A program made the position numbers and the translations under genes. Of a DNA stretch of 64,000 nucleotides, positions 29,142 through 37,901 are shown one piece after another. The stretch comes from Candidatus Krumholzibacteriota bacterium (GTDB taxonomy: Bacteria; Krumholzibacteriota; Krumholzibacteriia; LZORAL124-64-63), in assembly GCA_024275485.1 (NCBI GenBank), contig JAJRZA010000053.1:24608-88607 (forward strand). Reading direction: 5' to 3'. The notes under the pieces were generated by a model. It saw only the letters and a list, made by a program, of their open reading frames with translations, was not told where the DNA came from and did no database searches. Position 1 is the first letter of the stretch. Every line of letters begins with the position of its first letter.

Positions 29142-29984
29142 TCAGCCTCCGGATTGGGTTTCATTCAAAAAGTCTATGGTCCAGTTCCTGATGGAACCGT
29201 CTTTCATCTCTTGATTCAGAATGCCTTTCAAGGAGCTGTTTGATCCCGGGTTACGCAGCCGCAATATCAACGAATCGCCCTCGGCAGCACCGTCCTGAAT
29301 CAGGTGGGCCGGTTCAAGGCAGTCGTTGAAGGGAAAGAACTCCAGCGCCTGGGCGCCTTCCACCTGCAGGATAATGGAATCCTCCTGCCAATTCGCGGTC
29401 ACCGCTCCACGGGGTGCAGGCACCGGCATAGCGGCCAGGGCTGCTTCGATTTTTCCGGCTTGGCTCGACTTGATCATCGAATTTCCCACTGCAAACTCAA
29501 GGGTCATTGTGGCCTTACCCGGCACACATTCTTCCCGACAGGCCAACCATTCGATACGCGCCGGGACTGACAATTTGGTGCCTATCTGTGCTCCTGTTGG
29601 CACCTCAATCATTTGCACCAACATCAGCTTTTCATGATACACATGATCCAGGATTTCGCCTGCCGAAAGATGGCGCTCAGGGGCCGGCCATAACAGGGGA
29701 CCTGCTTTCCAATCCGGAGGCAGATCCAATTGGACCCTGGGCGGAAAACCCGAATCGTTGAGTCCGTCCCAATAGAGATACCACTGGTGAGCAGGGTTCA
29801 GCTGCCACATGATGGGGAAGCTCTGACCGGGTGCGGCCTTGACAACTGAACTGGACAAGGTGGCCGAGACCTTCGACATAGCGTTCTCGATTTCCGACCC
29901 AGGTGGACTCTTGTCTGCACAACCGACCATCACGGCAAGCGAAAAACTCCACAGAACGAACATCTTCTTCACGGGTAACCTCAT
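29142..29984 (-). CDS. DsbD/ScsB N-terminal (alpha) domain protein, probable lipoprotein
   Basis: VMVG-C lipobox, WYLYWDGLNDSG, WPAP and WLACREECVPG (Cys pair); no TM or thioredoxin domain. Confidence 0.8.
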   Translation of the reverse strand: MRLPVKKMFVLWSFSLAVMVGCADKSPPGSEIENAMSKVSATLSSSVVKAAPGQSFPIMWQLNPAHQWYLYWDGLNDSGFPPRVQLDLPPDWKAGPLLWPAPERHLSAGEILDHVYHEKLMLVQMIEVPTGAQIGTKLSVPARIEWLACREECVPGKATMTLEFAVGNSMIKSSQAGKIEAALAAMPVPAPRGAVTANWQEDSIILQVEGAQALEFFPFNDCLEPAHLIQDGAAEGDSLILRLRNPGSNSSLKGILNQEMKDGSIRNWTIDFLNETQSGG

Positions 29985-30031
29985 GCATGAAAACAAAAAA
30001 TCAGACCCGAAATTATTGAATTGGCCGGGCC

Positions 30032-31351
30032 TTAGGCTTCTTCCGGAACCAGGCCAACCAACCAGCCGGATCCAGCGAGATACTGGTACAGGTAGTGCAG
30101 GGGTTGCTCGAACTTGATGCTATCAAGGGTGACCATCCCCTCGACCGGAACGGTGACACCAGCCAGGGTTGCAAAACTTTCGGGCAACGCCGCCTGGTAG
30201 GCCTCGACAGGCATGGGATAGACGTAGATTTTCACCTGACTGGCCAGGAATTTTCCCAGGGCTTCCAGCAAGCCGCCCATGAGATTCTCGTATTGGGCGT
30301 GGTGCATGATCTGCACCCAGGTGGAGACCCCAAACACAAACCGTATGGGCGCGGCAGTATACCGCCGCAGGTACTCGGTCACGTGGTAGGCCTCGGGCAA
30401 ACGGCTCAGCAGGATGGGCTGGCCAAGCCCGGTGAGTTCACGCAGGCGGCGTAGGGTCTCCGCTTCATCCGGGGCCTCCAGACCAGCCACTGGATTCACC
30501 GAAAGTTCGGGCAGCAAGATGGGATCCCGCTCGCTCTTCTCCTCCTGTTGCAGGTGACGCAACGATTCTTCCAACATCTGCCTATGGTAGTCGAAGGTGT
30601 GCATGAACATGCCCCGTTCAACCACCAGTGGTCGCTTGCGAATGATGTCGGAGGGCTGGACCAGGTGTCCTTCAGTACTCAGGACCACGGCCTGGGCCAG
30701 GCCTGCCCGCACGAGTTTGGTGCCCAGGACGTAGGGGTCGTTATCACCGTGCTGCGGGCCCCGGGCCTCGATCACGTCGATCTCAATCCGATCCAAATCC
30801 AGCTCATTGACCAGCGTGTCGAAAAATCCGTCCACGTCCCTGGGCCCTAGAAGCGTCGCCCAGATCAGGTTCACGCCCAGGATTCCCAAGGCATCCTGTT
30901 GCAGACTGTTTAATGGATCTCTCAAGTTGACATGCAATAGCAACTCGTTGGGTTCGCTCCGTGGTTCAATCTGGTAGCGAAATCCCAGCCAGCCGTGACA
31001 ATCGTTGGTGCCATGGTAATTTCGGGCCGAGACGGAGTTGGCGAACACGAAAAAATTACTTCGATCTCCTCGTTTCTCGTCCAGGCGATTGATGAGCAGG
31101 TCGTATTCGTGATCCAGCATGGCCAGGATGCGCTCGCGGGAGACATAGCGGCTACCTTCGCCGTAGATCTCGTCGCTGAACTTCATGTCGTAGGCGGACA
31201 TGGTTTTGGCCACGGTACCGGCTGCTCCGCCCACGTGCAGGAACCAGCGCGCCACCTCCTGGCCGGCGCCGATCTCAGCGAAGGTACCGTAGGACCTGGG
31301 ATCAAGGTTCACTTGGAGGGCGCGATTGTATGTGTCGATTTTTTCTGGCAA
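30032..31351 (-). CDS. Conserved protein of the family often labelled nicotinate-nucleotide adenylyltransferase (CinA-like N-half plus nucleotidyltransferase-like C-half)
   Basis: YGTFAEIGAGQEVARWF, GGAAGTVAKTMSAYDM, RYVSRER, LQQDALGILGVNL and LVVERG motifs; TTG 31351 follows cggaga. Confidence 0.7.
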   Translation of the reverse strand: MPEKIDTYNRALQVNLDPRSYGTFAEIGAGQEVARWFLHVGGAAGTVAKTMSAYDMKFSDEIYGEGSRYVSRERILAMLDHEYDLLINRLDEKRGDRSNFFVFANSVSARNYHGTNDCHGWLGFRYQIEPRSEPNELLLHVNLRDPLNSLQQDALGILGVNLIWATLLGPRDVDGFFDTLVNELDLDRIEIDVIEARGPQHGDNDPYVLGTKLVRAGLAQAVVLSTEGHLVQPSDIIRKRPLVVERGMFMHTFDYHRQMLEESLRHLQQEEKSERDPILLPELSVNPVAGLEAPDEAETLRRLRELTGLGQPILLSRLPEAYHVTEYLRRYTAAPIRFVFGVSTWVQIMHHAQYENLMGGLLEALGKFLASQVKIYVYPMPVEAYQAALPESFATLAGVTVPVEGMVTLDSIKFEQPLHYLYQYLAGSGWLVGLVPEEA

Positions 31352-31501
31352 TGTCCATCTCCGGGATCCGAAAAACTGACCGTCAATCTCATGGTTGATC
31401 TCACCACAACATAATGCCGCCACGGTTCGGGCAGCAACTCCAGACTGTCCTGACGGATTTCCCAGGATAGAAAGCGCGGATGTTTTTCATCTTTCAGGCC
31501 T

Positions 31502-32734
31502 TTAAAAAGTGGCCCTTTTTTCATTGAAGGGCGTGATCATGCGCAATCGTTCAATGATCGGCGGCAGCACAGCCGCCACATAATCCATCTCTTCCAGGTT
31601 GTTGTACCTCGAAAGAGAAAAACGTATGGATCCGTGAGCCTGGGTAAAGGGAATACCCATGGCTCGCAGCACGTGCGAGGGCTCCAGGCTGCCACTGGTG
31701 CAGGCGGAACCGCTGCTTGCAGCCACCCCCACTCGATCCAGCAACAGCAGAATGCCTTCGCCTTCTATATAGTTGAAACTGATGTTGGTGGTGTTGGGCA
31801 AACGGTTGTCCGGCACTCCATTCAACTTGCTGTCGGGGATGGCTTCGAGCAAAAGTTTTTCCAGATGATCACGCATCCCGCGCACTACGGTGTTTTCGTG
31901 CTGGATCCCACCCTGGGCCAACTCGCAGGCCATGCCAAAACCAGCCACCGATGCCACATTTTCGGTACCGGCCCGCCGCCCACGTTCCTGGTGTCCACCC
32001 ACAATGAGCGGGCGAATTTTGGTCCCCTTGCGCACAAACAACGCTCCCACCCCTTTTGGCGCGTGCAACTTGTGTCCGGAAACAGACAACAGGTCGATGC
32101 AGCTCTTCTGCATATCCAAAGGCATTTTCCCGGCAGCCTGCACCGCGTCCACGTGGAACACCGTGCCGTTCTCCTTGACGATCTGCCCCATGGCTTCGGT
32201 GTCGAAAATAACCCCGGTTTCATTGTTGGCCATCATGATGGAAACCACAGCGGTGTCTTTGCGCAGGCTATCGCGCAGTTCATCCAGATTGAGCTGGCCC
32301 AAATCGTCAACCGCCAGGTAGGTCACCTCATAACCATGGCGTTGCTCCAGGTCCCGGCACAAGCCCAACACCGCTGGATGTTCCACCGTGGTGGTCACCA
32401 GGTGCTTCTTTTCCGGGTAGGCCCGCAAGGTTCCCACAATGGCCAGGTTGTCGCTTTCGCTGCCGCCGGCGGTCAAAACAATTTCATTGCTCAGCGAAGC
32501 TCCCACCAAAGCCATGATGCGATCCCGGGCTGCGCTGATGGCGTCGCCGGCCCGGGCTCCAAAAGAGTGCATGCTCGATGGGTTGCCGTAGTGTTCGGTT
32601 AGCAGCGGCAGCATCATCTCGATAACTTCAGGGGCCACCGCAGTGGTAGCGTTGTTATCCAGATAGATGGAATTTTCGGGCAGCGGGGGCATCCCCTCCA
32701 TCAGGTTCATTCGGTCGCCTGAAGTGCTCATCAC
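31502..32734 (-). CDS. nifS: Cysteine desulfurase NifS/IscS
   Basis: IYLDNNATT, YGNPSS, GGSESDN, FHVDAVQ, SGHKLHAPKG (PLP Lys) and SSGSACTSGSLEPSHVL motifs. The exact start is uncertain. Confidence 0.97.
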   Translation of the reverse strand: MMSTSGDRMNLMEGMPPLPENSIYLDNNATTAVAPEVIEMMLPLLTEHYGNPSSMHSFGARAGDAISAARDRIMALVGASLSNEIVLTAGGSESDNLAIVGTLRAYPEKKHLVTTTVEHPAVLGLCRDLEQRHGYEVTYLAVDDLGQLNLDELRDSLRKDTAVVSIMMANNETGVIFDTEAMGQIVKENGTVFHVDAVQAAGKMPLDMQKSCIDLLSVSGHKLHAPKGVGALFVRKGTKIRPLIVGGHQERGRRAGTENVASVAGFGMACELAQGGIQHENTVVRGMRDHLEKLLLEAIPDSKLNGVPDNRLPNTTNISFNYIEGEGILLLLDRVGVAASSGSACTSGSLEPSHVLRAMGIPFTQAHGSIRFSLSRYNNLEEMDYVAAVLPPIIERLRMITPFNEKRATF

Positions 32735-33660
32735 TGTGTCACCTCGATCACTTGAAGGTCTTCGCTGATAAACTCGTGCAACTGGGCTTCGACCACGTTT
32801 TTGATGGTCACATCACTGGAGCGGCAAGCGGCGCAGGAGCCGGTCAAACGCACATAGACCCGGTTGTCGTTGAACCGGACAAATTCAATGTCACCACCAT
32901 CACGATGCAGATTCGGGGCAATATCCTGATCCATCAGTTCCTGGATTCGAGCCACCATGGCAGCGTCTTCGGGCTCATGCTCTACCGGCTTGGGACCGGC
33001 AGTTTCCTGAGGCATGGAGCCAAGGGTTTGCAAGCCGCCGGCGCCTTCAACAGCCACCGTGCCAGTGTCCTGGCCATTTTCAATTTTGTCCCAGCAATCG
33101 CGCAACAGGTCACCCAGGTCGTGATGGCATTCCTTGCACCCGCCACCGGCCTTGGTATGGTTTGTCACATCCTCAATGGTTTCGAGGCGATGGTTGAAGA
33201 TGGCGTCCTTCACCGTATCCTTGGTCACGCTGAAGCAGTGGCAGATGATGGTGCTTTGTTTGATGAGATCGCAGGGCACTACGCGTCCGAGTTTCTTGTA
33301 GTAGTCGATCATGGCTGCTTCGAGAGCTTCGCGGCCCATCACCGAGCAGTGCATTTTTTCCCTGGGCAGACCATCAAGCGCTTCGGCAATATGCTCATTG
33401 GTGATTTCGGAAGCCTCTTTCAGGGTCATGCCGATCAGCATTTCCGTCAACACACTGCTCGAGGCAATGGCGCTGCCGCATCCGAAAGTCTGGAATTTGG
33501 CTTCGACAATGCGTTCGTTTTCATCGAGCCTGAAGGTCAAGCGAAGAGCATCCCCACAGGCCATGGAACCCACTTCCCCCACACCATCGGGATTCTCCAC
33601 CGCACCCACGTTGCGGGGATTCATGAAATGGTCGAACACTTTATCGGAGTAATCCCACAT
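32731..33660 (-). CDS. nifU: Fe-S scaffold NifU (IscU, BFD-like and NifU-C domains)
   Basis: MWDYSDKV, GSMACGD, FQTFGCGSAIAS, KMHCS, ICHCF...AGGGCKEC, DGGDIE and GSCAAC motifs. Confidence 0.96.
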   Translation of the reverse strand: MWDYSDKVFDHFMNPRNVGAVENPDGVGEVGSMACGDALRLTFRLDENERIVEAKFQTFGCGSAIASSSVLTEMLIGMTLKEASEITNEHIAEALDGLPREKMHCSVMGREALEAAMIDYYKKLGRVVPCDLIKQSTIICHCFSVTKDTVKDAIFNHRLETIEDVTNHTKAGGGCKECHHDLGDLLRDCWDKIENGQDTGTVAVEGAGGLQTLGSMPQETAGPKPVEHEPEDAAMVARIQELMDQDIAPNLHRDGGDIEFVRFNDNRVYVRLTGSCAACRSSDVTIKNVVEAQLHEFISEDLQVIEVTQ

Positions 33661-33687
33661 GGGGCACTCTCCCTGTTGGAAAATGAC

Positions 33688-33705
33688 CACCGCATTGATG
33701 CGGTG
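33688..33705. promoter_or_regulatory. Perfect 8-2-8 palindrome upstream of nifU (candidate operator or leader hairpin)
   Basis: caccgcat-tg-atgcggtg, 28 nt upstream of the ATG. Confidence 0.4.
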
Positions 33706-33787
33706 AACCCGCTAGATGGAGGTATTTGGTCCTATTTATATAAACCAATGAAGCTCATTTAAAATATAATATCAAGGAATCCCGAAT

Positions 33788-35914
33788 TCAATCCCGGCGG
33801 GTTACGCCCCTGCCCACATAAAGTTCGATCAGGAGCAACAAAAAGGCCAACCCGAAGAACCAGGGGGCCAAATCCCGACCATTGAGGGTGTCCACCAGGT
33901 CCACACCCTGACCGGATGCCAACTGACCTCGAACCTCGAGACCATACAAGTCCAATTGACGAGCCCAGTCAGCGGGCTCCCAGAGGTCGATCATCGACTC
34001 TTCGGCGGGAACTTGAGCCGCCACAATCCCAAGAGTATCGCTCCCGGATAAAAAGGTCACAAACCCTGCCCTGTCCAGCACATCGCCCACCAACCTTGGG
34101 GTATCACCCTGCCAAACCAGGTCAGCATTCTGCCCCTGCTGGCCAGCCGGGTTCAATATCAAAAGCTGGGCGGTATTTTCCAGGGTCAGGTCGGAAATCC
34201 AGGGCACCGGAATGATGGAGGCACGCCGTCCCACGTTGGTATTGACGGCGGCAGAGCGCAATCCGCCGGTGGCCAGCCAGGAAACCAGCCTTTGAAAAAA
34301 GGGCAAGGCCATGGGGCTGGCGGCTATCTTCCCGGAAAAGGGCAGCAAATTGAAAGGCATCAGCACAAATCGTCCCGCACCCAATTCACCTGTCAACAGC
34401 ATGGGTGATTCATCAGCCATTTCCAGAACCACTCCGGCTTCTCCAGCCGGCACTTTCAACCAGCGATTCCAGGTGATGTCTTCAAAGGTGGTGATGGCTT
34501 CCGGGCCCAACCCTGCAAAAATGGGATGACCGGGTTCAAGCACTTTGACTCGTTGATGCTGCCCCGGTTGCAGGGAAACAGGTTCAACACCCGGGACCAT
34601 CCCCAGCAGTGGCAACATCGAAGAGTCGAGGTATCCGACGAGGGTGGGTTCGCCCACCAGGAAGGCAGCCACGCCACCGGTTTCCAGCCAAAGGCGCAAG
34701 GCCTCGCTGGCCCGACGGCCCAGGGGTTCCGGGTCAACAAAAATTGCCACCGCAGCGGCGGACAAGTCGCCGCTGGTCAAATCACCGCTGGAAATATCCT
34801 TCACCCGAAAAATCCCATCCTGGCTGCCGGGGGCCAGCGCTTCGCCCAGATAACGCCAACCACCTCGTCCTGCAAGGGGGTCCACGGCCCGATCGGGTCC
34901 GTGGACCAACAGGACGGTCAGGACCGTAGGCACGGTCAATACAAAAGGACGCTCGTCATCGGACCCGAAAGCATCGCTGGGCTTGCGAATGAACCCGGTG
35001 TGCAACCCGGGGCCGGGAACCGAGAGTGAAAATTCCAGGGGAACCGGAGTAGTGGAGGGTTCAGCGAGAACCGCCTCCGCCACCTGGAAACCATCCAATT
35101 CCAGAGAAAACACTTGATCTGGAAGATGGCTGGTGACCATGGCGCGAAGATCTGCACTTTCTCCACGTTGCAGGGCCCGTTGGGGCAGTACAATCTTCTG
35201 AATGCCTCCGCCAGCGGTGGCCTCACCCACATGGTGGGTGATGATGCGGGCGGTTCCGGCAGCCAAAAGACGGTCTGCAACGACCTGCAAATCATTGGGC
35301 AGGGGATTCTGCTGAAAATCGCTGATGAGCACCACATCAACCGGCTGGCTGGGAGCCCGGGCCACCAGGGTTGCCGTTTCACGGATGACGGCGCTCAGAT
35401 CAAAAGCCCCATCACTGGGCCTGATGGCAGTGAGCCCGACCACTACTCCGGTGCCGGCGGGCAACCAGTCGCCAAAAAGTGAACCTGTCCGGCTGCCGGC
35501 GACGATGACCTGCACGGAGGCATCCACCGGCAGGGTCTGCATCATGCCGGAACAATCAGCGATGGCCCTATCCAGCCTGGAGCCTTCATCCTGCTGGGTG
35601 TTCATGCTGGCGCTGTTGTCGATAATGAAAATGAGGCTGCGTGATCCCGAGGAGCCAGTGGCCAAACCACCCCACCGAGGACCGGAAATAGCCATCACCA
35701 GGGCCAAAATAGCCAAGACCCTCAACAGCAAAAGCAGCCAGCGGCGAATACCCAGACTACGGGCCTGCCGAGCCTGCACTTCGTCCAGGAATCGCAAATC
35801 ACTGAATTTTTGTTTCTGGACCTTCTTCCGGCTGAGAAAATGAATGATCACCGGCAGGGCAGCCGCCAATCCGCCAAAAAGCAACGCTGGATTGAAAAAA
35901 CTGATTGGCATCAA
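33788..35914 (-). CDS. BatA-domain / vWA membrane protein
   Basis: FFNPALLFGGLAAALPVIIHFL and WLLLLLRVLAIL (BatA); IIDNSASM (MIDAS-like); C-terminal TM helix. Confidence 0.9.
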   Translation of the reverse strand: MMPISFFNPALLFGGLAAALPVIIHFLSRKKVQKQKFSDLRFLDEVQARQARSLGIRRWLLLLLRVLAILALVMAISGPRWGGLATGSSGSRSLIFIIDNSASMNTQQDEGSRLDRAIADCSGMMQTLPVDASVQVIVAGSRTGSLFGDWLPAGTGVVVGLTAIRPSDGAFDLSAVIRETATLVARAPSQPVDVVLISDFQQNPLPNDLQVVADRLLAAGTARIITHHVGEATAGGGIQKIVLPQRALQRGESADLRAMVTSHLPDQVFSLELDGFQVAEAVLAEPSTTPVPLEFSLSVPGPGLHTGFIRKPSDAFGSDDERPFVLTVPTVLTVLLVHGPDRAVDPLAGRGGWRYLGEALAPGSQDGIFRVKDISSGDLTSGDLSAAAVAIFVDPEPLGRRASEALRLWLETGGVAAFLVGEPTLVGYLDSSMLPLLGMVPGVEPVSLQPGQHQRVKVLEPGHPIFAGLGPEAITTFEDITWNRWLKVPAGEAGVVLEMADESPMLLTGELGAGRFVLMPFNLLPFSGKIAASPMALPFFQRLVSWLATGGLRSAAVNTNVGRRASIIPVPWISDLTLENTAQLLILNPAGQQGQNADLVWQGDTPRLVGDVLDRAGFVTFLSGSDTLGIVAAQVPAEESMIDLWEPADWARQLDLYGLEVRGQLASGQGVDLVDTLNGRDLAPWFFGLAFLLLLIELYVGRGVTRRD

Positions 35915-36807
35915 TACATCCGCCGTCTTTTTTGCAGGTACAGGCCGAGGCCCTTGTCAAAGGGCGTATCGGTGGTGATTTGCACCAGATCAATTTTTTG
36001 TCGTCGGCATTCCCTGCGCAGATTCTTCCGCCAGGCCAGGAATCTCTCCTGGTAACCGGCCCGCATATGAACCGGCTCGATGCGAACTTTCTGCCCCGGC
36101 TGTTCCAGGGATTCAAACTCCACTTCGCCACTGAAATCCAGGTCGATTTCCCTCGGATCCAGGATTTGGAACACCAGGACCTCGTGCCCCTGGTGACGAA
36201 AATGCTTCAAGCCGTCGAGAATTTTGTCGGCATCATCCATGAGATCGCTGAAGAGGATGACCAGGCCCCGACGATGCACTCGCTCGGCAATCCGGTGCAG
36301 CACATGACCCAGCCTTGTGCCTTGACCTTCGGGCAACTTGTCCAGCACCTTCAACACCTGGAAAAGCTGCTTGCGCATGCTGCGGGTGGGAACCATGTGC
36401 AGAGGTTCTTCATCAAAAGTGACCAGCCCCACCGCATCGTTCTGCCTCAGCAACAAATAGGTCAGGGCGGCGGCCATGTAAGCGGCATAGGTTTTTTTGG
36501 TGAGCCGGGACGAGTCGGCCGAATAATCCATGCTGGCAGAACAATCCATCAGGATGGTGGCACGTAAATTGGTCTCTTCGGTGAAAACCTTCAGGTAGTG
36601 CCGATCGCTTTTGGCATAAACCCGCCAGTCGATGTTGGCCACCGATTCGCCGGGAATGTATTGGCGGTATTCGGCGAACTCGGCGCTGAAACCGTGATAG
36701 GGACTTTTGTGCAAGCCAGTCAGGAAGCCTTCCACCACCAGGCGGGCAACAATGTCCATGCGTCCCAATTGGCTGATGAGATCCGGTGTGAGCAGGGTCT
36801 GGCTCAC
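35911..36807 (-). CDS. DUF58 (vWA-like) protein
   Basis: GLHKSPYHGFSAEFAEYRQY, IDWRVYAKSD, EETNLRATILMDCSASM and ILFSDL motifs. Confidence 0.93.
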   Translation of the reverse strand: MSQTLLTPDLISQLGRMDIVARLVVEGFLTGLHKSPYHGFSAEFAEYRQYIPGESVANIDWRVYAKSDRHYLKVFTEETNLRATILMDCSASMDYSADSSRLTKKTYAAYMAAALTYLLLRQNDAVGLVTFDEEPLHMVPTRSMRKQLFQVLKVLDKLPEGQGTRLGHVLHRIAERVHRRGLVILFSDLMDDADKILDGLKHFRHQGHEVLVFQILDPREIDLDFSGEVEFESLEQPGQKVRIEPVHMRAGYQERFLAWRKNLRRECRRQKIDLVQITTDTPFDKGLGLYLQKRRRMY

Positions 36808-37787
36808 GAAGTAACCTCATCCAGAATCAGGGAGATGATCTTGTCCTTGCTGATGCTTTCAGCTTCGGCGTGGAAGTTGGCCACAATCCGGTGCCGCAAT
36901 ACAGGCAGGGCCAGACGACGGATGTCCTCCAGATCCGGAGTGGGTCGGTTGTCGATTAGGGCACGGGTTTTGGCGCCCCGGATCAGGTATTGAGCGGCTC
37001 GTGGCCCGCCACCCCAGGCCAGAAACTCCTTGGCCGCCTGGGCCTCTTCACCAGTGCCAACACGAGTGGCGCGGACCAGCTTGACGGCAAATTCCGTCAC
37101 ATTGGCCGCCACCGGAACCTGTTTTATGAGGTCCTGGTTGGCCAACACACCGGCTGCGTCGATAACCTTGTCCAGGTTGATCTCGTCGGCACCAGTGGTG
37201 CTTTCGACGATGGCGATTTCATCACTGAAACTGGGATAATCGATCATCACATTGAACATGAACCGATCCAGTTGGGCCTCGGGCAAAGGATAGGTTCCTT
37301 CCTGCTCAATGGGATTCTGGGTGGCCAGCACAAAGAACGGTGCTTCCAGAGTGAAGGTCTGCCCCCCCGCGGTAACCTCCCTCTCCTGCATGGCCTGCAA
37401 AAGAGCCGCCTGGGTTTTGGGCGGTGTACGGTTGATTTCATCGGCCAGAATCACGTTGGCGAATATGGGTCCCTTGATGAATTTGAATTCACGACGTCCG
37501 GTGCCGTGATCCTCTTCCAGAATCTCCGAGCCGACGATATCGCTGGGCATGAGATCAGGCGTAAACTGAATGCGGTTGAATTTGAGATCCATCACCCTGG
37601 AGAGGCTGCTGATGAGCAGGGTTTTGGCCAGCCCCGGAACTCCTTCGAGCAAAACATGGCCACCGGAAAAAATGGCGATCATCATTTCTTCGATGACGTT
37701 TTCCTGGCCGACGATGACCTTGGCCAGTTCCTGGCGCATGGCGTGGTAGTTTTCCCGCAATTCATCGATTCTGGAGGTGTCGCTCAC
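36804..37787 (-). CDS. moxR: MoxR-family AAA+ ATPase
   Basis: HVLLEGVPGLAKT, RIQFTPDLMPSD, LADEINRTPPKTQAALL and ATQNPIEQEGTYPLPEAQLDRF motifs; GTG 37787 chosen (ATG 37811 possible). Confidence 0.96.
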   Translation of the reverse strand: MSDTSRIDELRENYHAMRQELAKVIVGQENVIEEMMIAIFSGGHVLLEGVPGLAKTLLISSLSRVMDLKFNRIQFTPDLMPSDIVGSEILEEDHGTGRREFKFIKGPIFANVILADEINRTPPKTQAALLQAMQEREVTAGGQTFTLEAPFFVLATQNPIEQEGTYPLPEAQLDRFMFNVMIDYPSFSDEIAIVESTTGADEINLDKVIDAAGVLANQDLIKQVPVAANVTEFAVKLVRATRVGTGEEAQAAKEFLAWGGGPRAAQYLIRGAKTRALIDNRPTPDLEDIRRLALPVLRHRIVANFHAEAESISKDKIISLILDEVTS

Positions 37788-37901
37788 GGTTGGACCTTTC
37801 AGAAAGGGCATGGAGTTGGAATTATTGCTTTAGAATAGGCTTGTGAACCCTTATCGTCCAGTGTGTTGTGCTGCTGAACCAGGTTTTCCCTAAGGAAAGA
37901 A

